A DNA stretch of 32,000 nt from Candidatus Nanopusillus sp. (lineage in GTDB: Archaea > Nanobdellota > Nanobdellia > Nanobdellales > Nanobdellaceae): contig JAWDOO010000002.1 in the NCBI GenBank assembly GCA_046533775.1, forward strand, positions 30,001 through 62,000, read 5' to 3'. The position numbers and the translations under genes were made by a program. The notes beneath the pieces are model-generated. The model saw only the letters and a program-made list of their open reading frames with translations. It was not told where the DNA came from and did not search any database. Shown here piece by piece: positions 7,246-15,461 of the stretch (positions are counted from its first letter, which is position 1; each line of letters begins with the position of its first letter).

Positions 7246-7356
7246 ACATAAATATGATTAATAAATGAATTCTTAAGAATAAAGTAATATCAGAAATTTA
7301 TATAATTTATTATTTCAAATTCAAATATCTTGAATAGTCATTTATATATTAAAATT

Positions 7357-8595
7357 TCATTCAATTAAAACACTTTTTATATCATCTTTTGTTTTAATAT
7401 CTTTAAAGAACTTTTTATAAAGGTATATATTTGTAATATTAACTATAAATGCTAAAAAGAAAGGTATTGGTAAAGCTAAGTAATTTATTATAAATCCACT
7501 AGATATTGTTGCAATGGCAGATGGGAATAATCTGGCAGCTTGATTTATACCAGTCGCCGTAGATCTTAAATCTTGACTAACCAAATTCATCATTAAAGAT
7601 GATTGAGTTGGTAATGAAATAACTCTAAACATAATATAGATTATGTATAATGCTAATGCCAACATAAAATTATAACTTAAAATTGATGAAAACATATTTA
7701 CAAATGGTAGTAATAGTAGAGCTCCAGTAGATATAGATCTAGTTAAAATAACTGTCTTAACAAATCCTAATCTACTAGTAATTAAAGGAGTTAGAAGTGA
7801 TACGAATGCAGCTGCTATACCGCCGAGGAAAAATATATTACCTATCTCTTCCTTAGGTACTTTAAGCAATACTTCAAAGATTAAAGGTAAAAATGGTGTT
7901 ATCAATCCTTGTCCAAGACCATTCAAGGCTCCAGTGGCTATAAACCTTTTAATCACCTTTTTATCGGATTCACCTATATTATTAAAATTAAAAGTAGAAG
8001 AATTCTTAACTTTTCTAAGACTTTCACCATATGTATCTTTAACCGGTAATATTATAATTAGTGAAGCTAATGATAATATTAATGCTATTATAAATCCTTC
8101 TCTATAATTTAAGTGAGATAATAAAGCCCCAACTGCTCCAGCTAGACTCATAGAAAGAAAAAATAAAGAATAAACCTTTGTCCTATTTTTTTCATTTGTC
8201 TTATCCGCTAGTAATGCATTCATAATTGGAACTGCTATTGCACCTGCACTACCACTAGCTAATGCACCAGCTGTACCAAAACCACCCAGAGCAGCGGATA
8301 ATAAAAGGAAAAGATAGTTTGAAGTTAAGAGGAGAATTAATATTGATAATGGTAAAAAGAGTAAGATAATCATAAGTACTTTCTTTCTGCCATAACGGTC
8401 TCCCAATCTACCAAAATAAATGCTCATTAATGGTACTGAGAATGCTCCAACACCAAAGAATCCACCTATCAAAGTGAAAGACAAATGAAGTACATTATAT
8501 AGATATAATCCAGTAATAATTCCAAGGGCTCCAGTTGCAATATTCCTAAAAATTCCAGATAACATTATAAGAATGATATCACTTTTATTATCCAT
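7357..8595 (-). CDS. major facilitator superfamily transporter
   Basis: About 12 hydrophobic segments. MFS loop motif FGRLGDRYGRKK. TTTATAAA box at 8619-8626 (31 nt upstream). Confidence 0.85.
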   Translation of the reverse strand: MDNKSDIILIMLSGIFRNIATGALGIITGLYLYNVLHLSFTLIGGFFGVGAFSVPLMSIYFGRLGDRYGRKKVLMIILLFLPLSILILLLTSNYLFLLLSAALGGFGTAGALASGSAGAIAVPIMNALLADKTNEKNRTKVYSLFFLSMSLAGAVGALLSHLNYREGFIIALILSLASLIIILPVKDTYGESLRKVKNSSTFNFNNIGESDKKVIKRFIATGALNGLGQGLITPFLPLIFEVLLKVPKEEIGNIFFLGGIAAAFVSLLTPLITSRLGFVKTVILTRSISTGALLLLPFVNMFSSILSYNFMLALALYIIYIMFRVISLPTQSSLMMNLVSQDLRSTATGINQAARLFPSAIATISSGFIINYLALPIPFFLAFIVNITNIYLYKKFFKDIKTKDDIKSVLIE

Positions 8596-8618
8596 TAATC
8601 AATTCTAAAATGGTCAAT

Positions 8619-8626
8619 TTTATAAA
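8619..8626 (-). promoter_or_regulatory. TATA box (TTTATAAA) for MFS transporter
   Basis: 31 nt upstream of ATG 8595. Confidence 0.6.
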
Positions 8627-8697
8627 ACTGATCAAACCCTAATAAATTGAATTAATTCTCTATCATTTAAAGAATGATAATTGAATCAATTATTCAT

Positions 8698-8769
8698 TAG
8701 GCCCGCCGGGATTTGAACCCGGGACCTCCGGATAGTGAGTCCGGCATCATACCCCTAGACTACGGGCCT
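8698..8769 (-). tRNA. tRNA, predicted Val (anticodon CAC), atypical (U37, A1-U72)
   Basis: Manual cloverleaf of the reverse complement: acceptor AGGCCCG/CGGGCCT, D stem GTCT/TGAT, anticodon stem CCGGA/TCCGG with loop CTCACTA, variable AGGTC, T arm CCGGG-TTCAAAT-CCCGG, discriminator A. Confidence 0.75.
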
Positions 8770-8797
8770 TAAAATATTTTTATAAAAAATATTTTTT

Positions 8798-9556
8798 ATG
8801 ATATTAGAAAAAATTATCTCAAAGTATATTAATTATATAACTGTAAGAAATTATGATAAAAGCAAAAAATATATTGGACAAGATTGTATTGTAAAATATT
8901 TATTAAATAGAAAAAAATTATATAAAGATGATGGAGAAACAATATATAGAAATTTTATTGAGGTAAAATATAATAAGGATGCAAAAGAAGAAATAGATAT
9001 ACCAAAAGAAAAAATAATAGGAGATATTGAAAATGAAAAGAAATTTCTAATAGATAATTCATTATATAATTTATTGTCCAATAAAGGAAAAATTAGTTTA
9101 AGAATACAAATTTCCCAATCATTAAAAGTTATAAGGGAATATTTGTTTGATAGTAATTTAATACTAATTGGAGATATTGATTATTCTTTTTTGGGTAAAA
9201 ATTTTGTAAATATATATAAAAAACAAGAAGATTTTGATTTTTATAAATATAAAGCAATAATACTAGATCCTTATGGAGATGAAATATTAAATAATAAAGA
9301 TTTAGAGAAATATAACTTATTTATTTTAGGAGGAATTGTTGATATAGATCTAAATTGGCAATATGCAACACAATATTTATTTAGAAATGTTGATTTACCA
9401 CATAAAAGAATAGAATTATATGGATCAATAAAGAATGTTCCAGATAGAATAAATATATTAATAAAGATTTTGTTAGATTCTATTTATTTAAATATACCAT
9501 TAGAAAAATCAATAATAATTAATTCGCCAAAAAAGTTTATTAAATACGTTCAATAA
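8798..9556 (+). CDS. Trm10-like SPOUT tRNA methyltransferase (putative)
   Basis: KAIILDPYGDEILNNKDLEKYNLFILGGIVDIDLN ... LPHKRIEL ... VPDRINILIKIL parallels the Trm10 core (yLTsDSpnvL ... yVIGGLVDh ... LP ... vNhVfEIL). Similarity judged from memory, not from an alignment. Confidence 0.5.
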   Translation: MILEKIISKYINYITVRNYDKSKKYIGQDCIVKYLLNRKKLYKDDGETIYRNFIEVKYNKDAKEEIDIPKEKIIGDIENEKKFLIDNSLYNLLSNKGKISLRIQISQSLKVIREYLFDSNLILIGDIDYSFLGKNFVNIYKKQEDFDFYKYKAIILDPYGDEILNNKDLEKYNLFILGGIVDIDLNWQYATQYLFRNVDLPHKRIELYGSIKNVPDRINILIKILLDSIYLNIPLEKSIIINSPKKFIKYVQ

Positions 9557-10367
9557 TTGTATATAAACTTTCATAGATAGAACCTGGATGTTTTTCAATA
9601 TATTTATAAAAATTTCTTATTATCTTTATATTTTCATTGCCAATTAATGTTCTTAAATTATTAATATCTCTTTCACTAAATCCTTTATTTATTATTTCTT
9701 TTATTTTATCTCCATACTCTTCGTATTCTTCTAAATCTTTTATATCCTTCTCTTTATACCTAAAAAATTTATAAATTATAGAAAATAATCCAAAATTTTC
9801 AAAATATAATGTATGCTCTAAACCATTTTTTCTAATAATAATATTTCCCGCAGTATTAATCATTATATATAATATTCTATTATTTGGTATCTTTACTTCT
9901 ATATAATAATATATTCCATATAGGTTCGGAACTATTAATTTTTCTCTATCCAAATTTAATTTATATCCATAAATATTGTTTGGTAGAAATCTATATTCAT
10001 ATCCTTTCATTTCAAAATATTTTATTATTTTATCTTTTTGTTCTATAGTTCTTTCTTTATCTTTACATCCTATATCAATTGCATTACTTACAGGTTTTTC
10101 AAGATAATTTAATATTCTTGCTATTTCTATATTCCCAAATGTAGAACAACCATCAATAATTATACTATCTAGATCTATATATCTTTTTATTTCTCTAAGA
10201 GGTATTCTTTCTCTCTTTATCCCCTCATAAAACCTTGCATCAGATTGAGAAAGTATATATTGAAATTTCGAAAGCGTTGGGAAATAATATTCTGGATTTG
10301 ATAATTTATTAGCATTATTTATTATATATACAGCTTCCCATAATATTGATTCAAGATTTTTGGTCAT
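9540..10367 (-). CDS. hypothetical protein (275 aa)
   Basis: Long ORF that converges on and overlaps the Trm10-like gene by 17 nt. No confident motif. Confidence 0.55.
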   Translation of the reverse strand: MTKNLESILWEAVYIINNANKLSNPEYYFPTLSKFQYILSQSDARFYEGIKRERIPLREIKRYIDLDSIIIDGCSTFGNIEIARILNYLEKPVSNAIDIGCKDKERTIEQKDKIIKYFEMKGYEYRFLPNNIYGYKLNLDREKLIVPNLYGIYYYIEVKIPNNRILYIMINTAGNIIIRKNGLEHTLYFENFGLFSIIYKFFRYKEKDIKDLEEYEEYGDKIKEIINKGFSERDINNLRTLIGNENIKIIRNFYKYIEKHPGSIYESLYTIIERI

Positions 10368-10401
10368 TAAAATTATAGTTAAATAATTATTTTTATAAGA
10401 A

Positions 10402-10474
10402 TAGCCCCGCGGGGATTCGAACCCCGGTCTCAGGGACCAGAGCCCTGAATCCTAGGCCACTAGACGACGGGGCT
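10402..10474 (-). tRNA. tRNA-Gln (anticodon CTG)
   Basis: Manual cloverleaf: acceptor AGCCCCG/CGGGGCT (A1-U72 and A73, as usual for archaeal tRNA-Gln), D stem GTCT/GGAT, anticodon stem CAGGG/CCCTG with loop CTCTGGT, T arm CGGGG-TTCGAAT-CCCCG. Confidence 0.9.
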
Positions 10475-10523
10475 TTCCTAAATATAAATTTTTAAAGATA
10501 AAAACATATAGATTTAATCATAA

Positions 10524-10931
10524 ATGAATAAGGAATATAAAAGAATATCTATCAAGGATGTAAAGAGATTGATATCAATAGTAAAGATAAATAAAAATGA
10601 AAATTTTATAAATATTATTGGAGAATTTTCTAATGACTTTGCAAAAATTTTGAATAGTAGATTATTATATCATAAAATTTATTTATTTCCTGCAGATTTT
10701 GAGGGAAATAAAGATATAACATTTACTGGAATTTTAACAACATCCCATATAGTAATAAGTAGTTATACTGAAGAAGATGGAATTTATATAGATATAGATG
10801 CTGCATGGTGTAGTGGAGAAAATTTAAATAAAGAAAAATTAGAAGAATTACTTAAAAAATATTTTAAAAATTATGAAATAAAATCTTTTAAAATATATAA
10901 TTATCTGGGTGAAGAAAGCCTTCTCAGCTGA
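10524..10931 (+). CDS. SpeH/AdoMetDC-like (pyruvoyl-dependent decarboxylase fold) protein, divergent processing site
   Basis: YHKI ... GILTTSHIVISSYTEEDGIYIDIDAAWCSG parallels FHKF ... vLLAESHISIHTWPE ... aaVDVFTCG of archaeal SpeH. Confidence 0.5.
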   Translation: MNKEYKRISIKDVKRLISIVKINKNENFINIIGEFSNDFAKILNSRLLYHKIYLFPADFEGNKDITFTGILTTSHIVISSYTEEDGIYIDIDAAWCSGENLNKEKLEELLKKYFKNYEIKSFKIYNYLGEESLLS

Positions 10932-10962
10932 TAAATGATGAATGCCAAGTTCACTGATAGAT
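10903..10962 (+). ncRNA. C/D box sRNA candidate 2
   Basis: C GUGAAGA 10909-10915, 12-nt guide, D' CUGA 10928-10931, 3-nt spacer, C' AUGAUGA 10935-10941, 12-nt guide, D CUGA 10954-10957. Terminal stem AUCUG (10903-10907) pairs with UAGAU (10958-10962). Confidence 0.65.
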
Positions 10963-10969
10963 TTATAAC
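10962..10969 (+). promoter_or_regulatory. TATA box (TTTATAAC) for taw1
   Basis: 31 nt upstream of ATG 10993. Confidence 0.55.
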
Positions 10970-10992
10970 TATGTTATATAATATATTATCCA

Positions 10993-12021
10993 ATGAATGA
11001 AAATATTGAAAAATGGAAGATACATGATTTAAAAACTTCAAAACAATTAGAGAAAGCTGGATATGGAATTTATAATCATTCTGCTGTTGAAATTTGCCAT
11101 TGGACAAAAGAATCAATTATAAATGGAAGAACATGTTATAAAAATAAATTCTATGGAATAGATACTGCAGGATGTATGGAAATGACTCAATCTGTTGTTT
11201 GGTGTGTAAATAGATGCATATTTTGCTGGAGACCAAATACAAAATTTGAACCTTATTATAATATACTACCAGAAGATAAAGTAGATAGACCTGAAGAAAT
11301 AATGGAAAAATTGAGAGAATTAAGAAAGAGATTATTAATTGGATATTATGGAAATCCAAAGGCAAATAAAGAATTATTAGATAAATTTATTGATAAACCA
11401 ACACATGTTACATTTTCATTATCTGGAGAACCATTATTATATCCATATGTTGCAGAGAGTATATTATATATTAAGAAAAATTGGCCATGGATAAAATCAA
11501 TATTTATAGTAACATCTGGACAGGTTCCAGAAGCATTAGAAAGGTTAATTAAAAAGAATGCATTACCAACACAATTATATATATCATTTACAGCTCCAAA
11601 TAAGGAAATGTATAAAAAAATATCTGTTCCTATATATAAAGATTATTGGGAGAGGTTTATAAAATCATTAGAAATTGCATCAAAAATGAAAACAAGGAGA
11701 GTTGCAAGAATAACATTAATTAAAGGAATAAATGACGACCCTAAATATTTTGATGACTGGGCTAAATTAATTGAAATATATAATCCTCATTTTGTAGAAG
11801 TAAAATCTTATTCATTCTTAGGATATTCAAGATTAAGATTAGAATATAAAAATGTTCCAAGTATAGAGGATGTAAGAAATTTTGCAAAAGGATTAGTAGA
11901 AAAATTACCTGGTTACGAAATATTTAAAGAGGATATTGATTCAAGAATTGTATTAATAAAGAATAGAAGAAAAGGAATGGATATAGATCCTATAATAAAA
12001 AATGTTGAACCTAATGTATAA
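10993..12021 (+). CDS. taw1: tRNA 4-demethylwyosine synthase, radical SAM (Taw1/TYW1)
   Basis: HSAVEICHWTKESI ... CYKNKFYGI ... CVNRCIFCWR is characteristic of Taw1. TTTATAAC box at 10962-10969. Confidence 0.85.
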   Translation: MNENIEKWKIHDLKTSKQLEKAGYGIYNHSAVEICHWTKESIINGRTCYKNKFYGIDTAGCMEMTQSVVWCVNRCIFCWRPNTKFEPYYNILPEDKVDRPEEIMEKLRELRKRLLIGYYGNPKANKELLDKFIDKPTHVTFSLSGEPLLYPYVAESILYIKKNWPWIKSIFIVTSGQVPEALERLIKKNALPTQLYISFTAPNKEMYKKISVPIYKDYWERFIKSLEIASKMKTRRVARITLIKGINDDPKYFDDWAKLIEIYNPHFVEVKSYSFLGYSRLRLEYKNVPSIEDVRNFAKGLVEKLPGYEIFKEDIDSRIVLIKNRRKGMDIDPIIKNVEPNV

Positions 12022-12147
12022 TTATTTTAACCTATAAAGTGAAACTATTCTACCAAATTTTCTAATTGCTGCCCAAAAAGGTGGTCTCATAAATTTTCTT
12101 GATTCTTTAATTTTTCTTATTTTAACATTATAGTTCTTGAATACCAT
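12022..12147 (-). CDS. rpl39e: small basic protein, ribosomal protein L39e-like (41 aa); absent from the ORF track
   Basis: Own translation: MVFKNYNVKIRKIKESRKFMRPPFWAAIRKFGRIVSLYRLK. The pattern K-I-R-x-x-K-x-x-R-K-x-x-x-P-P-x-W-x-x-I-R-K resembles [22 protein letters not shown] of L39e. It is shorter at the C-terminus. Confidence 0.45.
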   Translation of the reverse strand: MVFKNYNVKIRKIKESRKFMRPPFWAAIRKFGRIVSLYRLK

Positions 12148-12177
12148 TATAATTCCTTAAATGAAAAAATTTTAAAA

Positions 12178-12969
12178 TTATAATAAAAAGAAAAAACCTA
12201 TTGATATAATTGTTAAAACTATGCTATGAATTATACCAGACTTTATAGTTCCCTTTGCAAGTTTTCCAATAACTAAACCTGTAAAAATTGCGTTAATTAA
12301 TAATAATAAAAATGATAAAAATCTATAAACATTTATTAATTCATAATATGTTTCTTTATTAAATGAAAAACCAAAAGATTTTATATTAATTATTAAATAA
12401 TATACTGCAATAATTGATAATAATACTCCAAGAAATAATCCATAATATGTATAAGTAGTAAGCTTTAATTGAGATAATCTATCCTTTTTAATCATTTCTA
12501 AATTTCTTATACTTTCTGATAATGTGTCTAATAAATTGCTTAAATCTCCACCACTTTTTAAAACATTATTTATATTTGATAAAACTTCTGATATTTCCAA
12601 ATTATTTATTCTATTTGCAGAATCATTTAATGCATCATAAAAGGTTTTTCCATATTCCATTTCAGAAATTATATATTTAATTTCCTTATTTAATCTTTTT
12701 CCATAATAATTATTTGATACACTCTTTAAAGCAACTGGTAATGGTTGTCCTATTTTTAAATAATGTGATAAATCTCTTAAAAATAATGGAAAATTATCTA
12801 CCATCTCTTCATATTCTAAATATTCTTGAAGATATTTTAATGAATAAATTAAATATAATAATACAATTATTCCAATTTTGACAAATATATTAATATTTAT
12901 TGGTAAGAATATGAAAAATATTGAAAAAACAGATATTATAGATATATATAATATGTCCTTTTTATTCAT
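12178..12969 (-). CDS. T2SS-F domain membrane protein (PilC/TadC/FlaJ-like pilus or archaellum platform protein)
   Basis: N-terminal TM segments, a cytoplasmic helical domain (GQPLPVALKSV ... GKTFYDALND ... GGDLSNLLDTLSE) and C-terminal TM segments. Abuts the ppsA stop with zero spacing. Confidence 0.65.
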   Translation of the reverse strand: MNKKDILYISIISVFSIFFIFLPININIFVKIGIIVLLYLIYSLKYLQEYLEYEEMVDNFPLFLRDLSHYLKIGQPLPVALKSVSNNYYGKRLNKEIKYIISEMEYGKTFYDALNDSANRINNLEISEVLSNINNVLKSGGDLSNLLDTLSESIRNLEMIKKDRLSQLKLTTYTYYGLFLGVLLSIIAVYYLIINIKSFGFSFNKETYYELINVYRFLSFLLLLINAIFTGLVIGKLAKGTIKSGIIHSIVLTIISIGFFFLL

Positions 12970-15252
12970 TTATAATTTTCTTATTTTATCCAATAAAAGC
13001 TTTTTCTCCATTCTTATTACTGTCTCCCTTACTAATTCTATTGCATCTACATTTACTGATATAGAATCTATACCTAGTTTTACCAATAGTTCTGCATAAT
13101 CTGGTCTAGAACCAGCTTGTCCGCATAATGATGTATATACTCCATGTTTTCTACATATCTTTATTACCCTTGATATTAATTTGACTACTGCAGGATGACT
13201 TTCATCCATTAATTTTTGTACCATTTCATTATTTCTATCTACTCCCAATGTTAATTGTGTTAAATCATTTGTTCCAAATGATATAAAATCTATACCAACA
13301 TTCTTAATTATATCTTCAATTGTTAATGCTGCAGCTGGTGTTTCTACCATTATTCCAAACTTTATATCTTTTCCAGGTATTAATCCCTCACTTTTAATTA
13401 TTTCTTTTGCTCTATATACTTCTTCCCATGATATTACAAATGGCAACATTACCCATAAATTATTTAATCCCCTTTCTTTTACCAATATTTTAAAAGCTTT
13501 TACTTGAGCTCTAAACAATTGTTCCTGATCTAAATCTCTCCTAATACCATGCCATCCCATCATTGGATTTGCTTCTTTTGGTTCTTTTTCTCCCCCTTCT
13601 AAATTTCTATATTCATCAGTCCTCATATCTAATGTCCTAACAATTACTGGTTTTGGATACATAATTCTTAATATTTCTTCTAATCTCTCTACCAACATAT
13701 TTGTGAATTCATCTAATTTATTATTCTCTAAATACCATCTTGGATGTTTTCTATTTCTTAATACTAAGAATTCCATTCTTAATAATCCTATACCATCTAC
13801 TAAATCTTTTACTTTACTTACAGTTTCTGGATAATCAGCAATTGCCATAATTTTTGTAGCTGTAATTTCTAATGGTGTAGATTTTACTATTTTCCTTGCA
13901 ACTTCTTTTTTAGTTAATTCTCCTAATTTTATTTCTCCTTCATATACAACACCATGTGTTCCATCTACCGTTATAACCATTCCATCTTTTAATATTTTAG
14001 TCGCATCTTTTGTTCCAACAACTGCAGGTTTACCAAGTTCTCTTGAAACAATTGCAGCATGTGATAAGTGTCCACCTTCATCTGTAACTATTGCAGAAGC
14101 CTTTGCCATTAATGGTTCATAATCTGGATTTGTCATTACAGTAACCAATACATCTCCCTCTTCAAATTTATCAAATTCTTCTGGAGATAATATTATTTTT
14201 ACTTTTCCAGTACCAACACCTGGTGATGCAGCAATACCTCTTAACAATATTTTTTCACCTTTTACTTCTAATTCTTCTTTCTTTGTTTTCTTAATTGTTG
14301 TTATATTTCTTGTTTGTACAATATATATACCACTATCATCAATTGCAAATTCTATATCCTGTGGATTTCCATAATGTTGTTCCAATATCTTTCCATAATT
14401 TGCCAATTTTTTCACTTCATCATCAGATAATACTCTTGCATTCTTTAATTCATTTGGAACTTCTACTTCCTTTGTAAATGAATCGGGATCATATACTGTC
14501 ATAATTTTCTTTTCATTTATTTTTACTTCCAATATATTTAATGTATTCTTATCTACAACATATTCATCAGGTATTACTTCACCAGAAACAATTGCTTCTC
14601 CCAAACCCCAGGAAGATTCAATTACTATTTTTGATAAATCATTTTTAACTGGATCTGCAGTAAACATAACACCAGATTTTTTTGAAAATACCTGTTTTTG
14701 TATTACAACACATAAAGCTACTTTAGTTTGATCAAATCCCATAGTTGCTCTATAATTAATTGCCCTTGCTGTCCATAAAGATGCCCAACATTTTTTAACA
14801 GCATCTAATAATTTATCTTCTCCTTTTACATTTAGATATGTAGCTTGTTGACCTGCAAAAGAAGCGTTTGGTAAATCTTCTGCAGTTGCTGAGGATCTTA
14901 CGGCAACAAATATTGGTTCATTTCCAAACATGCTTGACAATTTTCTATAATTTTCTAATATTTCATTCTTTAAATCATCTGGAATATTTCCCTTTATAAA
15001 TAATTCTTGTATTTGGGTGGCTGCTTTTCTTAATTGTGTTGGATTATTTATATCAATTGATTTTAATATTTCTTCTATTTTATTTTTTATTCCATTATAT
15101 TCTATAAATTTCCAATAACCTTCTGCAGTTATAGCAAATCCTGGGGGAACTGGAATACCTATTTTTGTCATTTCTCCCAAATTTGCAGCTTTTCCACCAA
15201 CAATATTTACATCATTTTTAGATAGTTCATTAAACCACTTTATATATACCAT
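12970..15252 (-). CDS. ppsA: phosphoenolpyruvate synthase (pyruvate, water dikinase)
   Basis: GGKAANLGEM, phosphohistidine loop TDEGGHLSHAAIVSRELGKPAVVG, and C-terminal PEP-utilising domain FISFGTNDLTQ. Length 760 aa. Confidence 0.95.
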   Translation of the reverse strand: MVYIKWFNELSKNDVNIVGGKAANLGEMTKIGIPVPPGFAITAEGYWKFIEYNGIKNKIEEILKSIDINNPTQLRKAATQIQELFIKGNIPDDLKNEILENYRKLSSMFGNEPIFVAVRSSATAEDLPNASFAGQQATYLNVKGEDKLLDAVKKCWASLWTARAINYRATMGFDQTKVALCVVIQKQVFSKKSGVMFTADPVKNDLSKIVIESSWGLGEAIVSGEVIPDEYVVDKNTLNILEVKINEKKIMTVYDPDSFTKEVEVPNELKNARVLSDDEVKKLANYGKILEQHYGNPQDIEFAIDDSGIYIVQTRNITTIKKTKKEELEVKGEKILLRGIAASPGVGTGKVKIILSPEEFDKFEEGDVLVTVMTNPDYEPLMAKASAIVTDEGGHLSHAAIVSRELGKPAVVGTKDATKILKDGMVITVDGTHGVVYEGEIKLGELTKKEVARKIVKSTPLEITATKIMAIADYPETVSKVKDLVDGIGLLRMEFLVLRNRKHPRWYLENNKLDEFTNMLVERLEEILRIMYPKPVIVRTLDMRTDEYRNLEGGEKEPKEANPMMGWHGIRRDLDQEQLFRAQVKAFKILVKERGLNNLWVMLPFVISWEEVYRAKEIIKSEGLIPGKDIKFGIMVETPAAALTIEDIIKNVGIDFISFGTNDLTQLTLGVDRNNEMVQKLMDESHPAVVKLISRVIKICRKHGVYTSLCGQAGSRPDYAELLVKLGIDSISVNVDAIELVRETVIRMEKKLLLDKIRKL

Positions 15253-15274
15253 AAAAGATATTGAATTTCTAGCA

Positions 15275-15282
15275 TTTATAAG
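15275..15282 (-). promoter_or_regulatory. TATA box (CTTATAAA) for ppsA
   Basis: 30 nt upstream of ATG 15252. Confidence 0.55.
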
Positions 15283-15461
15283 ATTAAAAACACTACTAAA
15301 AAATGAAAACTATGTAACAGCCAAGACTTCTTCATTTTTATTTTCTATAATTTCTTCTTCTGTAGATCTAGATTCTAAATATCTATAAATTATTTCTGCA
15401 TATTTTTCTGCAATTTTTTCAGGATCAACTTCTTTTTTTAACTCTTCTATTATATCTTTAT

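Noticed and set aside
8779-8786. Perfect TTTATAAA between the Val-like tRNA and the Trm10-like gene, considered as their promoter.
   Set aside because: The distance is wrong for both: 17 nt to the tRNA 5' end and 19 nt to the ATG, against 28-32 elsewhere. Weaker boxes at the correct spacing exist, so this one is probably fortuitous in an A/T-only spacer.
8698-10474. Two-gene cassette bracketed by two similar tRNA genes, considered as a possible integrated element.
   Set aside because: I found no integrase, no direct repeat of a tRNA 3' end and no compositional break. One of the two genes looks like a housekeeping Trm10-type enzyme.
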